Origin: Candidatus Latescibacterota bacterium
GTDB taxonomy: Bacteria; Latescibacterota; UBA2968; GCA-2709665
Direction of reading: 5' to 3'
NCBI GenBank assembly: GCA_965203805.1
Contig: OZ241917.1
Coordinates: forward strand, 1,792,001 to 1,856,000
DNA: 64,000 nt
The position numbers and the translations under genes are program-made. Below are positions 39,447-49,611 of the stretch, in pieces (the stretch's first letter is position 1; each line of letters opens with the position of its first letter). The notes beneath the pieces were generated by a model. The model worked only from the letters and a program-made list of their open reading frames with translations, did not search any database and had not been told where the DNA came from.

Positions 39447-41321
39447 ATGGCCGATACAGCCGTCGAGGAAATTGACGAAGAAGCCGAATTGCTGGACGAA
39501 TTGAGCGAGGTAGAATCCATTGCGGTCCGATTTGCGGGCGACTCCGGCGATGGAAGCCAGTTTATTGGCGGAGAGTTCGCCAACACGTCCGCCATTGTGG
39601 GCAATGACATCAGCACGATGCCGGACTTCCCCGCGGAAATCCGCGCTCCCGCGGGCACATTGCCGGGAATCAGCGGATTTCAGGTCCGCATATCCAGCGA
39701 AGACATCTACACGCCTGGAGACGAGCCCCAGGTGCTCGTTGCCATGAACCCGGCCGCGCTGAGGGCCAACCTGCAGGACCTGCCGCCGGGTGGCGTGGTC
39801 ATCACCAATTCCAACAACTTCACACGAAACAACCTTCGCAAGGCCGGCTACGAGGCCGACCCTCTCGAAGACGGATCGCTGGAGGGTTATCGCGTTTGCA
39901 AGGTACCGTTGACAACACTGCACAAGCGGGCAGTGGCCGGTGTTGAGGGTCTGTCCAACCGGCAGGTCGATATGATGAAAAACTGCTTCGCCCTCGGACT
40001 TGCATACTGGATCTTCGACCGTCCGCTGGAACCGACCATCCGGATGCTGGAAGAGAAATTCGCCAGCCGCCCGAATGTCGTTGAAGGCAACGTAACGACA
40101 TTGAAGGCCGGATACAACTACGGTGAAACGACCGAACAGTTCCAGTTCAGGTACAAGATTCCTAAAGCCGTGGTCGCACCCGGCACGTATCGTGCCGTAA
40201 CCGGCGCCCAGGCCACCGCAATGGGCTTCGTCACCGCGGCGCACAAGGCCGGCAAGACTCTCTTTTACGGCAGCTACCCAATCACCCCCGCCAGCGTCCT
40301 GCTTGAAGCGCTGGCCGCCCTGAAGAACTTCGACGTGCGCACATTCCAGGCCGAAGACGAAATTGCAGCCATCGGCTCCGCCATCGGCGCTGCATTCGGC
40401 GGCGCCTTTGCCGCAACCGGCACCAGCGGCCCCGGCATTGCGCTGAAGAGCGAAGCCATCAACCTGGCTCTTGTGCTGGAATTGCCACTGGTTGTCGCCA
40501 ACTTTCAACGAGGCGGTCCCAGCACGGGGCTACCCACGAAGACGGAACAGTCCGACCTGCTCCAATGCATGTTCGGCCGCAATGGCGAGAGTCCGGTTCC
40601 CATTGTCGCGCCGGCCACGGCCTCGGATTGCTTCAACCTCGGAATCGAGGCCTTTCGAATCGCCGTTGAAAGCATGTCGCCGGTTTTCTTCCTGTCCGAC
40701 GGCTATCTGAACAACAGTTCAGAACCATGGAAGATACCCGATCCCGAAGACATTGAGACCATCGTTGTCGAACATCAAACTGACCCTGAGAGTTTCCAGC
40801 CGTACACGAGAAACGTGCAGACCCTTTCGCGCCCGTGGGCGCTCCCGGGCACACCCGGACTGGAACATCGAATCGGCGGGTTGGGTAAGCAGGACGGCAC
40901 GGGAAACGTCTCGTACGATCCGAAAGATCACGAACACATGGTCAGGGTCCGGGCAGAAAAGGTGGCGCGAATCGCAAATCGGATACCCAGGCAGGATGTA
41001 TTCGGGCCGACGACCGGCGATCTGCTTGTTGTCGGTTGGGGCAGCACGTTTGGCGCCGTCAGGTCCGCGGTACGCCGCGCGGTATCCAACGGCATGTCGG
41101 TTGCGCATGCCCATATCCGATATCTGAACCCGTTTCCGGCGAACCTGGAGAGTCTGCTTCTGCGCTATCGAAAAATCCTGGTTCCCGAGATCAATGGCGG
41201 GCAGCTCTCGCTCCTGCTCAACGCCAGGTATCCTTTGCGTGTCATCAGCTATCCCAAAGTCCAGGGGCAGCCGTTCAAGATTTCCGAGATTGTGGATAAA
41301 ATCGACGAGTTGCTGGACTAG
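39447..41321 (+). CDS. korA: 2-oxoacid:ferredoxin oxidoreductase alpha subunit (gamma-alpha fusion)
   Basis: RFAGDSGDG, PAEIRAPAGT, YPITPAS, QAEDEIAA, TSGPG, QRGGPSTGLPTK, GWGST. Confidence 0.93.
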   Translation: MADTAVEEIDEEAELLDELSEVESIAVRFAGDSGDGSQFIGGEFANTSAIVGNDISTMPDFPAEIRAPAGTLPGISGFQVRISSEDIYTPGDEPQVLVAMNPAALRANLQDLPPGGVVITNSNNFTRNNLRKAGYEADPLEDGSLEGYRVCKVPLTTLHKRAVAGVEGLSNRQVDMMKNCFALGLAYWIFDRPLEPTIRMLEEKFASRPNVVEGNVTTLKAGYNYGETTEQFQFRYKIPKAVVAPGTYRAVTGAQATAMGFVTAAHKAGKTLFYGSYPITPASVLLEALAALKNFDVRTFQAEDEIAAIGSAIGAAFGGAFAATGTSGPGIALKSEAINLALVLELPLVVANFQRGGPSTGLPTKTEQSDLLQCMFGRNGESPVPIVAPATASDCFNLGIEAFRIAVESMSPVFFLSDGYLNNSSEPWKIPDPEDIETIVVEHQTDPESFQPYTRNVQTLSRPWALPGTPGLEHRIGGLGKQDGTGNVSYDPKDHEHMVRVRAEKVARIANRIPRQDVFGPTTGDLLVVGWGSTFGAVRSAVRRAVSNGMSVAHAHIRYLNPFPANLESLLLRYRKILVPEINGGQLSLLLNARYPLRVISYPKVQGQPFKISEIVDKIDELLD

Positions 41322-41350
41322 ACCGTACCCCCGAATCTGGAGAACGATCC

Positions 41351-42907
41351 ATGGCCGAAGCCACACCGGAACTTTTACAGCTGACCCGCAAAGACTTCGT
41401 TTCCGACCAGGAAGTCCGCTGGTGTCCGGGATGCGGGGACTACGCCATACTGGCGCAGATGCAGAGGGTGCTTCCCGAACTCGGTATTCCCCGGGAACAG
41501 ATCGTCTTCGTCTCCGGAATCGGTTGTTCCAGCCGCTTTCCGTATTATATGAACACCTATGGCGTGCACTCCATTCACGGACGCGCGCCGACCCTTGCCT
41601 CGGGCCTGAAGGTGGCCAATCCCGACCTGCACGTGTGGGTGATCACCGGGGACGGCGACGGCTTATCCATCGGCGGCAACCATCTGCTGCATATTCTGCG
41701 CAGGAACGTGGATGTGAACATCATTCTCTTCAACAACCGCATCTACGGCCTTACCAAGGGGCAATACTCGCCCACGTCGCTGCCGGGTCACAAGACCTAT
41801 TCTTCGCCGATGGGCTCCATCGAACAGTCGTTCAACCCCATCTCCGTTGCCATAGGCGCCGAGGCCACCTTCGTCGCGCGTTCCGTCGACCGGAATACCA
41901 AACACCTTGCGGAAATGCTCCGCCGGGCGGCCGCACACAAGGGCACGTCGTTTGTCGAGGTCTACCAGAACTGTAACATCTACAACGATGGCGCGTGGTT
42001 CCACATTACCGAAGCCGACGTCAAGGACGACAATACGTTAATTCTCGAACACGGTCAGCCGATGGTTTTCGGCAAGGCGCGGGACAAGGGCGTCCGGATG
42101 GATGATTTGCGTCCGGAAGTCGTGGCGCTGGGCAACGGCACTTCCGAAGACGACCTGCTGATGCACGACGAGTCCGCGGATCCGCCGGCGCTGGCTTACA
42201 TGCTGAGCCGCATGGAATATCCGGATTATCCAGTGCCCCTGGGGGTTCTCCGCTGCGTGGAACGACCTGTTTACGAGGAGGAAATCCTCGCACAGGGTCG
42301 CGCCGCCGTCACACAGCACGGGAAAGCAGATCTCTCCACACTCTATAATGCCGCCGATACCTGGATCGTATCGGAAGAGGACAGCGTGCCGGTCGAGCGG
42401 GACGTCGCGGAGGAAATCGAGACGGATATCCCGGATATCATTCCGGGAATCGGCGAAGAGGACCCAATAGACCCGAAGGGCGAATTCGAACGCCTCGTCA
42501 TCGATCCGATCTCCACGGTGAAACTCCACACGCCGGAATTCATCGCGCCGGGGGCCTCCATGCTCGAAGCCATGCTGCTGATGGAGGAAAAGGAAGCCGG
42601 CTGCCTTCTGGTTTCAGACGACGGCGTCACCCTTCAAGGCATCCTGGCCGAAGGGGACTTCTTCGTAAAGGTCGTGGGTAACGACATCGATCTGGCAACC
42701 ACGCGTGTTGAAGAGGTGATGACGTCCAATCCCATAACGATGAGATTGTCGGATCCCATCGGGTACGCGTTGCATCTGATGGACCTTCACGGCTACCGGC
42801 ATATCCCGGTCGTCGACCACGGCGGACGGGTCGTCAAGGTGGTGTCGTTCAGGGCGGCCCTCGAGTTCTTCACGCAACTCTACGACAACGGAGCAAACGG
42901 CAGCTGA
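41351..42907 (+). CDS. korB: 2-oxoacid:ferredoxin oxidoreductase beta subunit fused to a C-terminal CBS pair
   Basis: WCPGCGD, SGIGCSSR, HGRA, GDGD..SIGGNH, NNRIYGLTKGQYSPT; acidic linker then GILAEGD/MTSNP/RHIPVVD. Confidence 0.92.
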   Translation: MAEATPELLQLTRKDFVSDQEVRWCPGCGDYAILAQMQRVLPELGIPREQIVFVSGIGCSSRFPYYMNTYGVHSIHGRAPTLASGLKVANPDLHVWVITGDGDGLSIGGNHLLHILRRNVDVNIILFNNRIYGLTKGQYSPTSLPGHKTYSSPMGSIEQSFNPISVAIGAEATFVARSVDRNTKHLAEMLRRAAAHKGTSFVEVYQNCNIYNDGAWFHITEADVKDDNTLILEHGQPMVFGKARDKGVRMDDLRPEVVALGNGTSEDDLLMHDESADPPALAYMLSRMEYPDYPVPLGVLRCVERPVYEEEILAQGRAAVTQHGKADLSTLYNAADTWIVSEEDSVPVERDVAEEIETDIPDIIPGIGEEDPIDPKGEFERLVIDPISTVKLHTPEFIAPGASMLEAMLLMEEKEAGCLLVSDDGVTLQGILAEGDFFVKVVGNDIDLATTRVEEVMTSNPITMRLSDPIGYALHLMDLHGYRHIPVVDHGGRVVKVVSFRAALEFFTQLYDNGANGS

Positions 42908-43049
42908 TCGTCGTACCCGTTGAAGCTCAACGGAAAGGCCCCGGACATGCAGATCCGGGGCCTGTTTCTCATGGCATGTTCGGGTTCCAGTGGGACGACG
43001 ACGATTGTGAACCCGCCCCACACGGCGCACGGCGCCCGCCCCGCCAGCT

Positions 43050-43514
43050 TCAATCGCTTCGCGGACGCATGTACACCACCTCCGCCACCAGGTCCTTCGG
43101 GAACTCATCCATCCTTTCCGGTCCCAGCCGCTCCACCTCCGCCAGCCCGTGTCTGATCATGCGTTTGAGCGCGCCGACGTCGACACCCAGAAACCCCGCG
43201 GGAAACTGCTTCAGCTTGAAGAATGAATTGTTGTAGTGCTTCACCGCTCCGTGATAGATTCCTCGTTGAATCTGATGATATGCCGCTGCGAGTTGGATCA
43301 GGCCCTGAAAGAAAATGCGGCTCGGCTCGGTATGCCGCCGCCACACCTGCTCCCAGGCCTCGTGGCTCTCCCAGTGCTCCCTTTTGTTGAAGAGGCGCAC
43401 GCCGTTCTCGAAGTCGGTCCAATCCTCCCGGGACATTACGGGCTCTACCACGTCCTCGGGGTTGATCCGATACGCCGGCTTCATCCGTGCTGTTTTCAGG
43501 TCAGACCTTGACAC
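43050..43514 (-). CDS. DUF309-family protein
   Basis: GVRLFN...WESHEAWEQVW, FFQGLIQLAAAYH. Confidence 0.85.
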   Translation of the reverse strand: MSRSDLKTARMKPAYRINPEDVVEPVMSREDWTDFENGVRLFNKREHWESHEAWEQVWRRHTEPSRIFFQGLIQLAAAYHQIQRGIYHGAVKHYNNSFFKLKQFPAGFLGVDVGALKRMIRHGLAEVERLGPERMDEFPKDLVAEVVYMRPRSD

Positions 43515-43517
43515 GAT

Positions 43518-44255
43518 TCAATCTCCAGCCTGGACATCAAGCATCGTCTCCAATGCGACAAGATGCGCCCGGACGCGCACCTCCATCGCCAGCGCGGACG
43601 GCGTCTCGGACGTAATCAGACGATCGGTATACTTCTGATTGAACAGGACAATGGGCACACCTCCGCCCAGGCGCCGCTTCTCTACCTCTGGATTCGGAAA
43701 TATCACGCCGTTCAACGCAGTTTCGCCCTCAATTTCCGATTGTGTATTCAGCGGACAGACCCCGGACACCTGTTTCGTAATCGGGGGTCCTGCGGGCGCC
43801 AGTCCGCGCACCTGCTCGTAAAGATAATACCCCGGACTCTCCCAGTCTTCGTGCAGGTCCATTACCGCCGCAAACGTCCTCCCGCGAATAAACCGCTTTA
43901 AAAGGCCGATTTCCGGAACGTCGTCACGGAGAAATGCCCAGTTGATGTCCACGTCCTGCCCATTCAATCGGGTACTGTGAACATATCCGTAGGGATTCAA
44001 GCAGGGTATTACGAAAAACCGGAATTTATCCAGCCATTGCTCGCAGCCCGTCTCCATAAAAGCCAGAGCCCCCTCGGTTCCGGCGGGTTCGTCACCGTGG
44101 GTTCCGCCGTTGACGTAAACCGCGGGCAGCGACGGGTCCGAATCAGCGGATACACAATGGACAGGATTTCCGTCTATCCGGCCCAGTTCCTCGACACGGA
44201 GACCCTTGCACGAAAGCGCTTCGATGCGCTTAACGACTTCATTGTAGTCACGCAT
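43518..44255 (-). CDS. M14-like zinc carboxypeptidase / succinylglutamate desuccinylase family
   Basis: GTHGDEPAG, PCLNPYG, R.N..DIN, DLHED, SETP. Confidence 0.88.
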   Translation of the reverse strand: MRDYNEVVKRIEALSCKGLRVEELGRIDGNPVHCVSADSDPSLPAVYVNGGTHGDEPAGTEGALAFMETGCEQWLDKFRFFVIPCLNPYGYVHSTRLNGQDVDINWAFLRDDVPEIGLLKRFIRGRTFAAVMDLHEDWESPGYYLYEQVRGLAPAGPPITKQVSGVCPLNTQSEIEGETALNGVIFPNPEVEKRRLGGGVPIVLFNQKYTDRLITSETPSALAMEVRVRAHLVALETMLDVQAGD

Positions 44256-44309
44256 CTGATCTTACCCTATCCCTGACTGCGGACACCAGCTTTCCGTTTG
44301 TTGCGCGTC

Positions 44310-45629
44310 TCAGGCAAACATCTCCCTGCCGAGCGTAATGCCGTGCGCCGTTACCGGGTCTTCTGTCCTCCCGACCCGCGCCAGCCGTCGCGATAGTTCC
44401 GAGGCCAGCAATTCACCCATATCCCGCGTCTTTTCCGGCAGCTCACTCGCCAGATTGCACTGTTCCGCCGGGTCGTTGTTCAGATCATACAGCTCCCGCA
44501 TTGGATTACCGTAAAAGTCCGGCTCCCGTGCGGCGATCAGTTTCCATCCGCCTTCGCACACAGCCCACTTGGCCATCCAGGTGCATTCCTGTGTGAGCAG
44601 CAGTTCTCCGTCTCTGTCTTCCGCGCCGCCCCGGATGAGCGGGAGCACGGACCGTCCGTCCATCCCGTGCGGAACCGGCAGACCGGCGCCGTCCAGGATC
44701 GTCGGCGCCAGATCCGTGTGTTGAACCAGTGACCGGATGCGGGTTCCATTGACTTCAGCACCAGGCCAGCGCACAATCAGCGGTACGCGGATATCGCTCT
44801 CGTACAATCCATGGTGATCGAAGTAGATGCCGTGTTCACCCAGTTCTTCGCCGTGGTCGCTGAAAATGAACACCGCGGTGTCTTCGGCGAAACCCAACTC
44901 GTCAAGCGCTCCCAGCAACTCCCGGATTCCATCGTCCACGCACCTCACCTCGGCATCGTACTGGCTGCGCACGAATTCGATATCGGTGATCTGGTCCCCC
45001 GCCGCGTAAGGCCACTCGGACGCCATCCGCCCGAGCCAGCCGGACGTCCACCAGGTCCTCAGGGGTCGCCGGTAGAAGCCGTCGAGGCTGCCTCTGTTTT
45101 CAACCGTCGGGTCGCCGGAATAAAAGAGGTCCCTATACCGTCCGGGCGGCATATACGGCGTGTGCGGATCCCAATAGTGGACGAAAAGAAAAAATGGCTC
45201 GTGGCCGCGGGCTCGCAGCCACTCGATGGCAAGCTCATTGAACCGAAAGCACTCTGGATAACTTCCCGCCTCCCTCGGATTCAGACAGACGTCGAACCCC
45301 CGCGAAAACCAGGGTTTGTGATGCTCTGCCAGATTGTCTATCGCAGCCGTGGCGTACCCGGCCCGTTGCAGGTATTCCGGCAGGAACGGCGAACCTTCGT
45401 CCAGAGACCAGCGGCCCCGGTGCGCCACGATCCCGTGCGTGGTCGGCCACTGTCCGGTGAACATGGTCGTAAATGAAGGCTGCGTCGGAATCGAGGGCGC
45501 ATAGCAGTTGTCAAATACCGCAGATTGACCTGCAACGGTGTCGATGAACGGCGTGGTGGGCCGGTCATATCCGTAGCATCCGAGTCGATCGGCTCGCAGG
45601 CTGTCGACCGCGACAATCAGGAAATTCAT
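44310..45629 (-). CDS. Sulfatase-like hydrolase (alkaline phosphatase superfamily)
   Basis: VDSLRAD, TQPSFTTMFTG, HYWDPHTPY, SDHGE, HHGLYE, ELYDL..DP.E. Confidence 0.9.
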   Translation of the reverse strand: MNFLIVAVDSLRADRLGCYGYDRPTTPFIDTVAGQSAVFDNCYAPSIPTQPSFTTMFTGQWPTTHGIVAHRGRWSLDEGSPFLPEYLQRAGYATAAIDNLAEHHKPWFSRGFDVCLNPREAGSYPECFRFNELAIEWLRARGHEPFFLFVHYWDPHTPYMPPGRYRDLFYSGDPTVENRGSLDGFYRRPLRTWWTSGWLGRMASEWPYAAGDQITDIEFVRSQYDAEVRCVDDGIRELLGALDELGFAEDTAVFIFSDHGEELGEHGIYFDHHGLYESDIRVPLIVRWPGAEVNGTRIRSLVQHTDLAPTILDGAGLPVPHGMDGRSVLPLIRGGAEDRDGELLLTQECTWMAKWAVCEGGWKLIAAREPDFYGNPMRELYDLNNDPAEQCNLASELPEKTRDMGELLASELSRRLARVGRTEDPVTAHGITLGREMFA

Positions 45630-45699
45630 CCGCACACCTTCACGATAGACCAAAACGAACGTAGCAACCCGGGGGACGATTTTTTCACTTCGCCTCCCG

Positions 45700-45864
45700 T
45701 CAGTCCGCCCGAACCACCCAATCCTCGAATTCCAAGCCTTCGGACAGTTGCCAGGCCGTAAGGTAAAGCGACGCGGTAAACTTCACCGCCTCCCGCGCAC
45801 GTTCCAGTCCGAAGGCCACCACATCGGGAACCGGCGTCCACTCGCCCTCTCCCGCGGGCGGCAT
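45700..45864 (-). pseudogene. 54-aa ORF resembling the C-terminal remnant of a larger protein
   Basis: MPPAGEGEWTPVPDVVAFGLERAREAVKFTASLYLTAWQLSEGLEFEDWVVRAD; the frame is open upstream only to a stop at ~45905. Confidence 0.5.
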
Positions 45865-45900
45865 TCGGTCCGCCAGGCCATACTCGGACTTGTGAATTCG

Positions 45901-45929
45901 AAGTTACATCGCCGCGTCGTTTTTGTCAA
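45901..45929 (-). promoter_or_regulatory. Putative sigma70 promoter
   Basis: TTGACA-17 nt-TAACTT on the minus strand. Confidence 0.55.
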
Positions 45930-45936
45930 CGTCAGG

Positions 45937-45973
45937 AAAAGAAGCGGAGGCCCCGTGCGAGACCTCCGCTTCC
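45937..45973 (-). terminator. Intrinsic terminator after selC
   Basis: gaagcggagg...cctccgcttc hairpin followed by TTTT on the minus strand. Confidence 0.8.
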
Positions 45974-45978
45974 GATTG

Positions 45979-46076
45979 TGGCGGGAATGTGTGGGAATCG
46001 AACCCACCCAGCGTGTGATTAGCACGCCGCAACGGGTTTGAAGCCCGCGAGGGCCACCAGTGCCCCATCCACTCCC
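45979..46076 (-). tRNA. selC: tRNA-Sec (anticodon UCA)
   Basis: 98 nt; anticodon arm gcggg-cTTCAAa-cccgt; long variable arm gcgtg..cacgc; T arm gtggg-TTCGATT-cccac; ends GCCA; follows selA-selB. Confidence 0.96.
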
Positions 46077-46208
46077 GCACGAAAAGCAGGCTGCCGGCAG
46101 TCGCGGCATCCTGATGTGTTGTTCGTCAAAACCGGTACCAACAATCGAAATGCTGTCAAAGACTCCGGGGGCGCCGGGCGACTCGATCCCGGATTCGGAC
46201 GTCAGCGT

Positions 46209-48107
46209 TTACCCGGCGACCACCCTGACGTCGCCCTTCCTCACAGTGACGCCTTTATTGTCGAAATAGTTCAACAGTGGAACGGCATATTTTCGCGTGG
46301 TGCCCACCAGATCCCGAAACGCCGAAACACTCAATTCCCGGTTCCGGTGAAGGTATCCCAGGAGCCTCTGTTCGATCTCCTCCAGCGTGCGCGGAGGAAA
46401 CATCAGATTCTCGTCGAGCCTGATAATCTCCCCCATCGCCTGCATCGCGGCCGCAACAGCGTAAATTTCCGCGGCATCCTCTGTCAGATGCGCGCCGATC
46501 TCGGTCAGATCGGGCGGGGCCGCCTGCCCCGCCCGGAGAAGCTCCAGTATCTCCTGTCTGATCCGGCGCTGTTCCCCCGAAAAGCGGATCCGGTGATCGT
46601 CCCTGCGCAGGAGGGGGCCCGCGGCGACCAACACTTTCTGAGAGAGCAGATGTTCGACGGCATGCTCAAACGACCCTGCCGGAGGCACGGGCGCCACCCG
46701 CTGCCGAAGTTCGCTGCGGGAAACCCCCGCTTTCAGTGGATTGGACCGGTGGAAGCCAGACAACGCGTCCCCGATTAACCGCAGCAGCGAGTGCCACGAG
46801 TCCGTATGCACATAGACGTCCTCTCCCGCTCGGCGAAAGCCCAATGCTTCACCTTCTCCCAGCAAAACCCTCAGGCGATCGCCTGTCTCGGAAAGAGAGA
46901 GACCCATCGCCGCCGCCAGGTCGCTTGCGGAAACGGCCCGGAATCCCGCCGTCTTGAGCCGCATGCTCATCACCCGGGTCGGATCCTCCACTTCAAATTC
47001 GCGCAGTCTCTCCAGCGTGTCTGCACGCAAGCGGCGATGCTTCACCGGTTGCGTATCCAGCACGACCCCGCCCCCGAGCGTCTGAACGGGCGAGTAACGC
47101 CTGATCACGAATCGGTCTCCCCTGGCGGCCACACCGCGGCCTTCAAGGCGGAACTGTACCAGCTGGGATTCGCCGGGTTGCAGTTCGTCTGCTTCCAGAA
47201 GAATCACTCGCGCCAGCACGTCGCGAGGTCCGAGGTGAAGATGCACACGTGCGCGGTTTTTCAGTGTCACAGGCGCATCCTTCAGCAGCCGCAGTCGTGC
47301 GTCGAGCATAAAAGTGGAACTGAAATAGCCCTGCTGCGCCAGCAGATCGCCCCGCGTCACCTGGTCCACTTCCACGTCGGCCAGATTGACCGCCGCGCGA
47401 TGGCCGACGCGGGCGGTATCCACGTCTCTGCCATGCACCTGCATGCCGCGCACCCGTACGGGCCGGTCGGCCGGCTGAAGCATCACCAGGTCTTTCACCC
47501 CTACCTGGCCGGACAGTACGGTACCGGTCACGACCGTGCCGAATCCCCGGACCGAGAAGACCCGGTCCACGGGCAGCCGGAACACCCCGCCATCCGGGCG
47601 TTCCCGGACCTTCCCGATTTCCTCCTCCAGCATTGTCCGAAGCGTATCTATCCCCTCCCCGGTCACCGCGGACACCGGCACGATCGGCGCGCCATCCAGA
47701 AACGTGCCTTCAAAGAGGTCGCGCAGGTCCTCCTCCACCAGGTCCGCCCAATCCTGTTCCACCAGATCGACTTTGTTGAGCGCGACGACACCCTGCCGCA
47801 CGCCCAGGAGGTTCAGGATGCCCAGATGTTCGCGTGTCTGGGGCATGGCCCCGTCGTCCGCCGCGACCACAAACAGCGCGAGATCCACCGTACATACGCC
47901 TGTCACCATATTCTTCACAAATCGTTCGTGACCGGGCACGTCTATTATTGTGACATGGTCCTTCCAGTATGCGAATCCGATATCGATCGTCACCCCGCGG
48001 TCCTTCTCTTGCGGGAGCGTATCGGTATCGATGCCCGTAAGCGCCTTGATCAGCGCGGTTTTGCCATGGTCGATATGACCTGCCGTGCCGATGATCACGT
48101 GTGACAT
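46209..48107 (-). CDS. selB: Selenocysteine-specific elongation factor
   Basis: [33 protein letters not shown]-terminal winged helix [13 protein letters not shown]. Confidence 0.97.
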   Translation of the reverse strand: MSHVIIGTAGHIDHGKTALIKALTGIDTDTLPQEKDRGVTIDIGFAYWKDHVTIIDVPGHERFVKNMVTGVCTVDLALFVVAADDGAMPQTREHLGILNLLGVRQGVVALNKVDLVEQDWADLVEEDLRDLFEGTFLDGAPIVPVSAVTGEGIDTLRTMLEEEIGKVRERPDGGVFRLPVDRVFSVRGFGTVVTGTVLSGQVGVKDLVMLQPADRPVRVRGMQVHGRDVDTARVGHRAAVNLADVEVDQVTRGDLLAQQGYFSSTFMLDARLRLLKDAPVTLKNRARVHLHLGPRDVLARVILLEADELQPGESQLVQFRLEGRGVAARGDRFVIRRYSPVQTLGGGVVLDTQPVKHRRLRADTLERLREFEVEDPTRVMSMRLKTAGFRAVSASDLAAAMGLSLSETGDRLRVLLGEGEALGFRRAGEDVYVHTDSWHSLLRLIGDALSGFHRSNPLKAGVSRSELRQRVAPVPPAGSFEHAVEHLLSQKVLVAAGPLLRRDDHRIRFSGEQRRIRQEILELLRAGQAAPPDLTEIGAHLTEDAAEIYAVAAAMQAMGEIIRLDENLMFPPRTLEEIEQRLLGYLHRNRELSVSAFRDLVGTTRKYAVPLLNYFDNKGVTVRKGDVRVVAG

Positions 48108-49522
48108 GATACTGGCTCCGCACCATCCCCCACCGCGCGGCGAAGCGCGGCCTCAACGTGACGCAATTCGTCTGCGGCCACCGTCCGCAAATCAAGAAAC
48201 AGACAATCGTCCCGCACATATCCGATGACCGGCGGGTCGTTCGCGCGCAAACGCGCGGCCAGGCCGGTTACGGAACCACCGATGCGCGTGACGCGCAGCG
48301 CCGCGCTGGGGATCTCCTCAAGCGGCATGGCGCCGCTTCCGGTCTGGGCGACTGAATCCACCAGTTCAATTCGCAAGTCCCGCAGCTGGCTCAGCCGGGA
48401 CAGGCTCCGCCGGCCCCGACGCTTCAGCGACGCCACAGGCGCGGTCAGCATCGCAAGCGTGGGATGCGCCCGCAATAAATCCTTCGGGTTCAGGAAGAGT
48501 CTCAACGTGGCGGCCAGCGCGGCGTACGTCATCTTCCCGCACCGCAGCGCCCGCATCAGCGGGTTCCTGCGGATCTTCTCAATAGCGTCTCGCCTGCCCA
48601 CCAGAATTCCCGCCTGGGGGCCGCCCAACACCTTGTCCGCGCTGAAGGTTACCACGTCGGCGCCCGCCGCGACGCTGTCCGATACCAGGGGCTCGTGGGG
48701 CAGACCGAACGCTCCCATGTCCACCAGAGCCCCACCGCCCAGGTCGTGGACCACGGCCACGCCGCGCCGGTTGCCCAGCGCAACCAGGTCCGCCAGTGAA
48801 ACCGCGGCCGTAAAGCCCATGACCCTGTAATTGCTCGGGTGCACCGCCAGCATCAGACCGGCGCGATCGGTCAGGGCCGCCTCGAAGTCCCGCAGATGGG
48901 TCCGGTTTGTCGTGCCGACCTCGACCATCGCCGCGCCGCTGCGCGCCATGATTTCCGGGATGCGAAAGGACCCTCCGATTTCGATCAGTTCGCCACGCGA
49001 GACGAGCGCTTCTTTTCCCAGGCATAGCGTATTCAGGGTCAACAATACGGCGGCGGCGTTGTTGTTGACCACGGCTGCCGCATCGGCGCCCGTCAGCGTG
49101 CACAACAATTCCTCAACCAGCGCCGTCCGGGACCCGCGTCTTCCGCTCTCAAGGTCCACTTCCAGATTGCTGTACCCCGCGGCAACGCCGGCCACCGCAC
49201 GGACCGCCGCATTCGCCAGCGGTGCGCGTCCGAGATTCGTATGCAGCACGATTCCCGTGGCATTGACGACCCGCTTGAGACCGGGGACGGTGATGCGCGC
49301 AACACGCAGGCCGACCTGGCGAACCACCCGAGCCACGAGCGCATCCCGGGACTCGCCGATCGCTTCGCCGCCACGCATCGCCTCCCGGACGGCGTCGACT
49401 CCCTCGCGCACGAAACGTGCGACCATCGGCCGCTCGCAATGTTCGCAAAGCGCCCGTACGTCGGGCTCTTCCAGCACCGCGTCGACCGAAGGTATCAGTG
49501 AAAAGTCGGCGTGTTCCGCCAT
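48095..49522 (-). CDS. selA: L-seryl-tRNA(Sec) selenium transferase
   Basis: VNATGIVLHTNLGRAP, SRGELIEIGGSFRIP, EVGTTNRT, FSADKVLGGPQAG. Confidence 0.97.
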   Translation of the reverse strand: MAEHADFSLIPSVDAVLEEPDVRALCEHCERPMVARFVREGVDAVREAMRGGEAIGESRDALVARVVRQVGLRVARITVPGLKRVVNATGIVLHTNLGRAPLANAAVRAVAGVAAGYSNLEVDLESGRRGSRTALVEELLCTLTGADAAAVVNNNAAAVLLTLNTLCLGKEALVSRGELIEIGGSFRIPEIMARSGAAMVEVGTTNRTHLRDFEAALTDRAGLMLAVHPSNYRVMGFTAAVSLADLVALGNRRGVAVVHDLGGGALVDMGAFGLPHEPLVSDSVAAGADVVTFSADKVLGGPQAGILVGRRDAIEKIRRNPLMRALRCGKMTYAALAATLRLFLNPKDLLRAHPTLAMLTAPVASLKRRGRRSLSRLSQLRDLRIELVDSVAQTGSGAMPLEEIPSAALRVTRIGGSVTGLAARLRANDPPVIGYVRDDCLFLDLRTVAADELRHVEAALRRAVGDGAEPVSCHT

Positions 49523-49611
49523 GTTGCTCCCGACTACGGACGCGACACACAATGCCCGTCGCGGAATTTCGCGCGGGCGGTAACGATCACAATACGCCGG
49601 GCCCTTCGATG

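Noticed and set aside
45979-46076. Genomic island integrated at selC
   Set aside because: No duplicated tRNA 3' end and no integrase seen within the window
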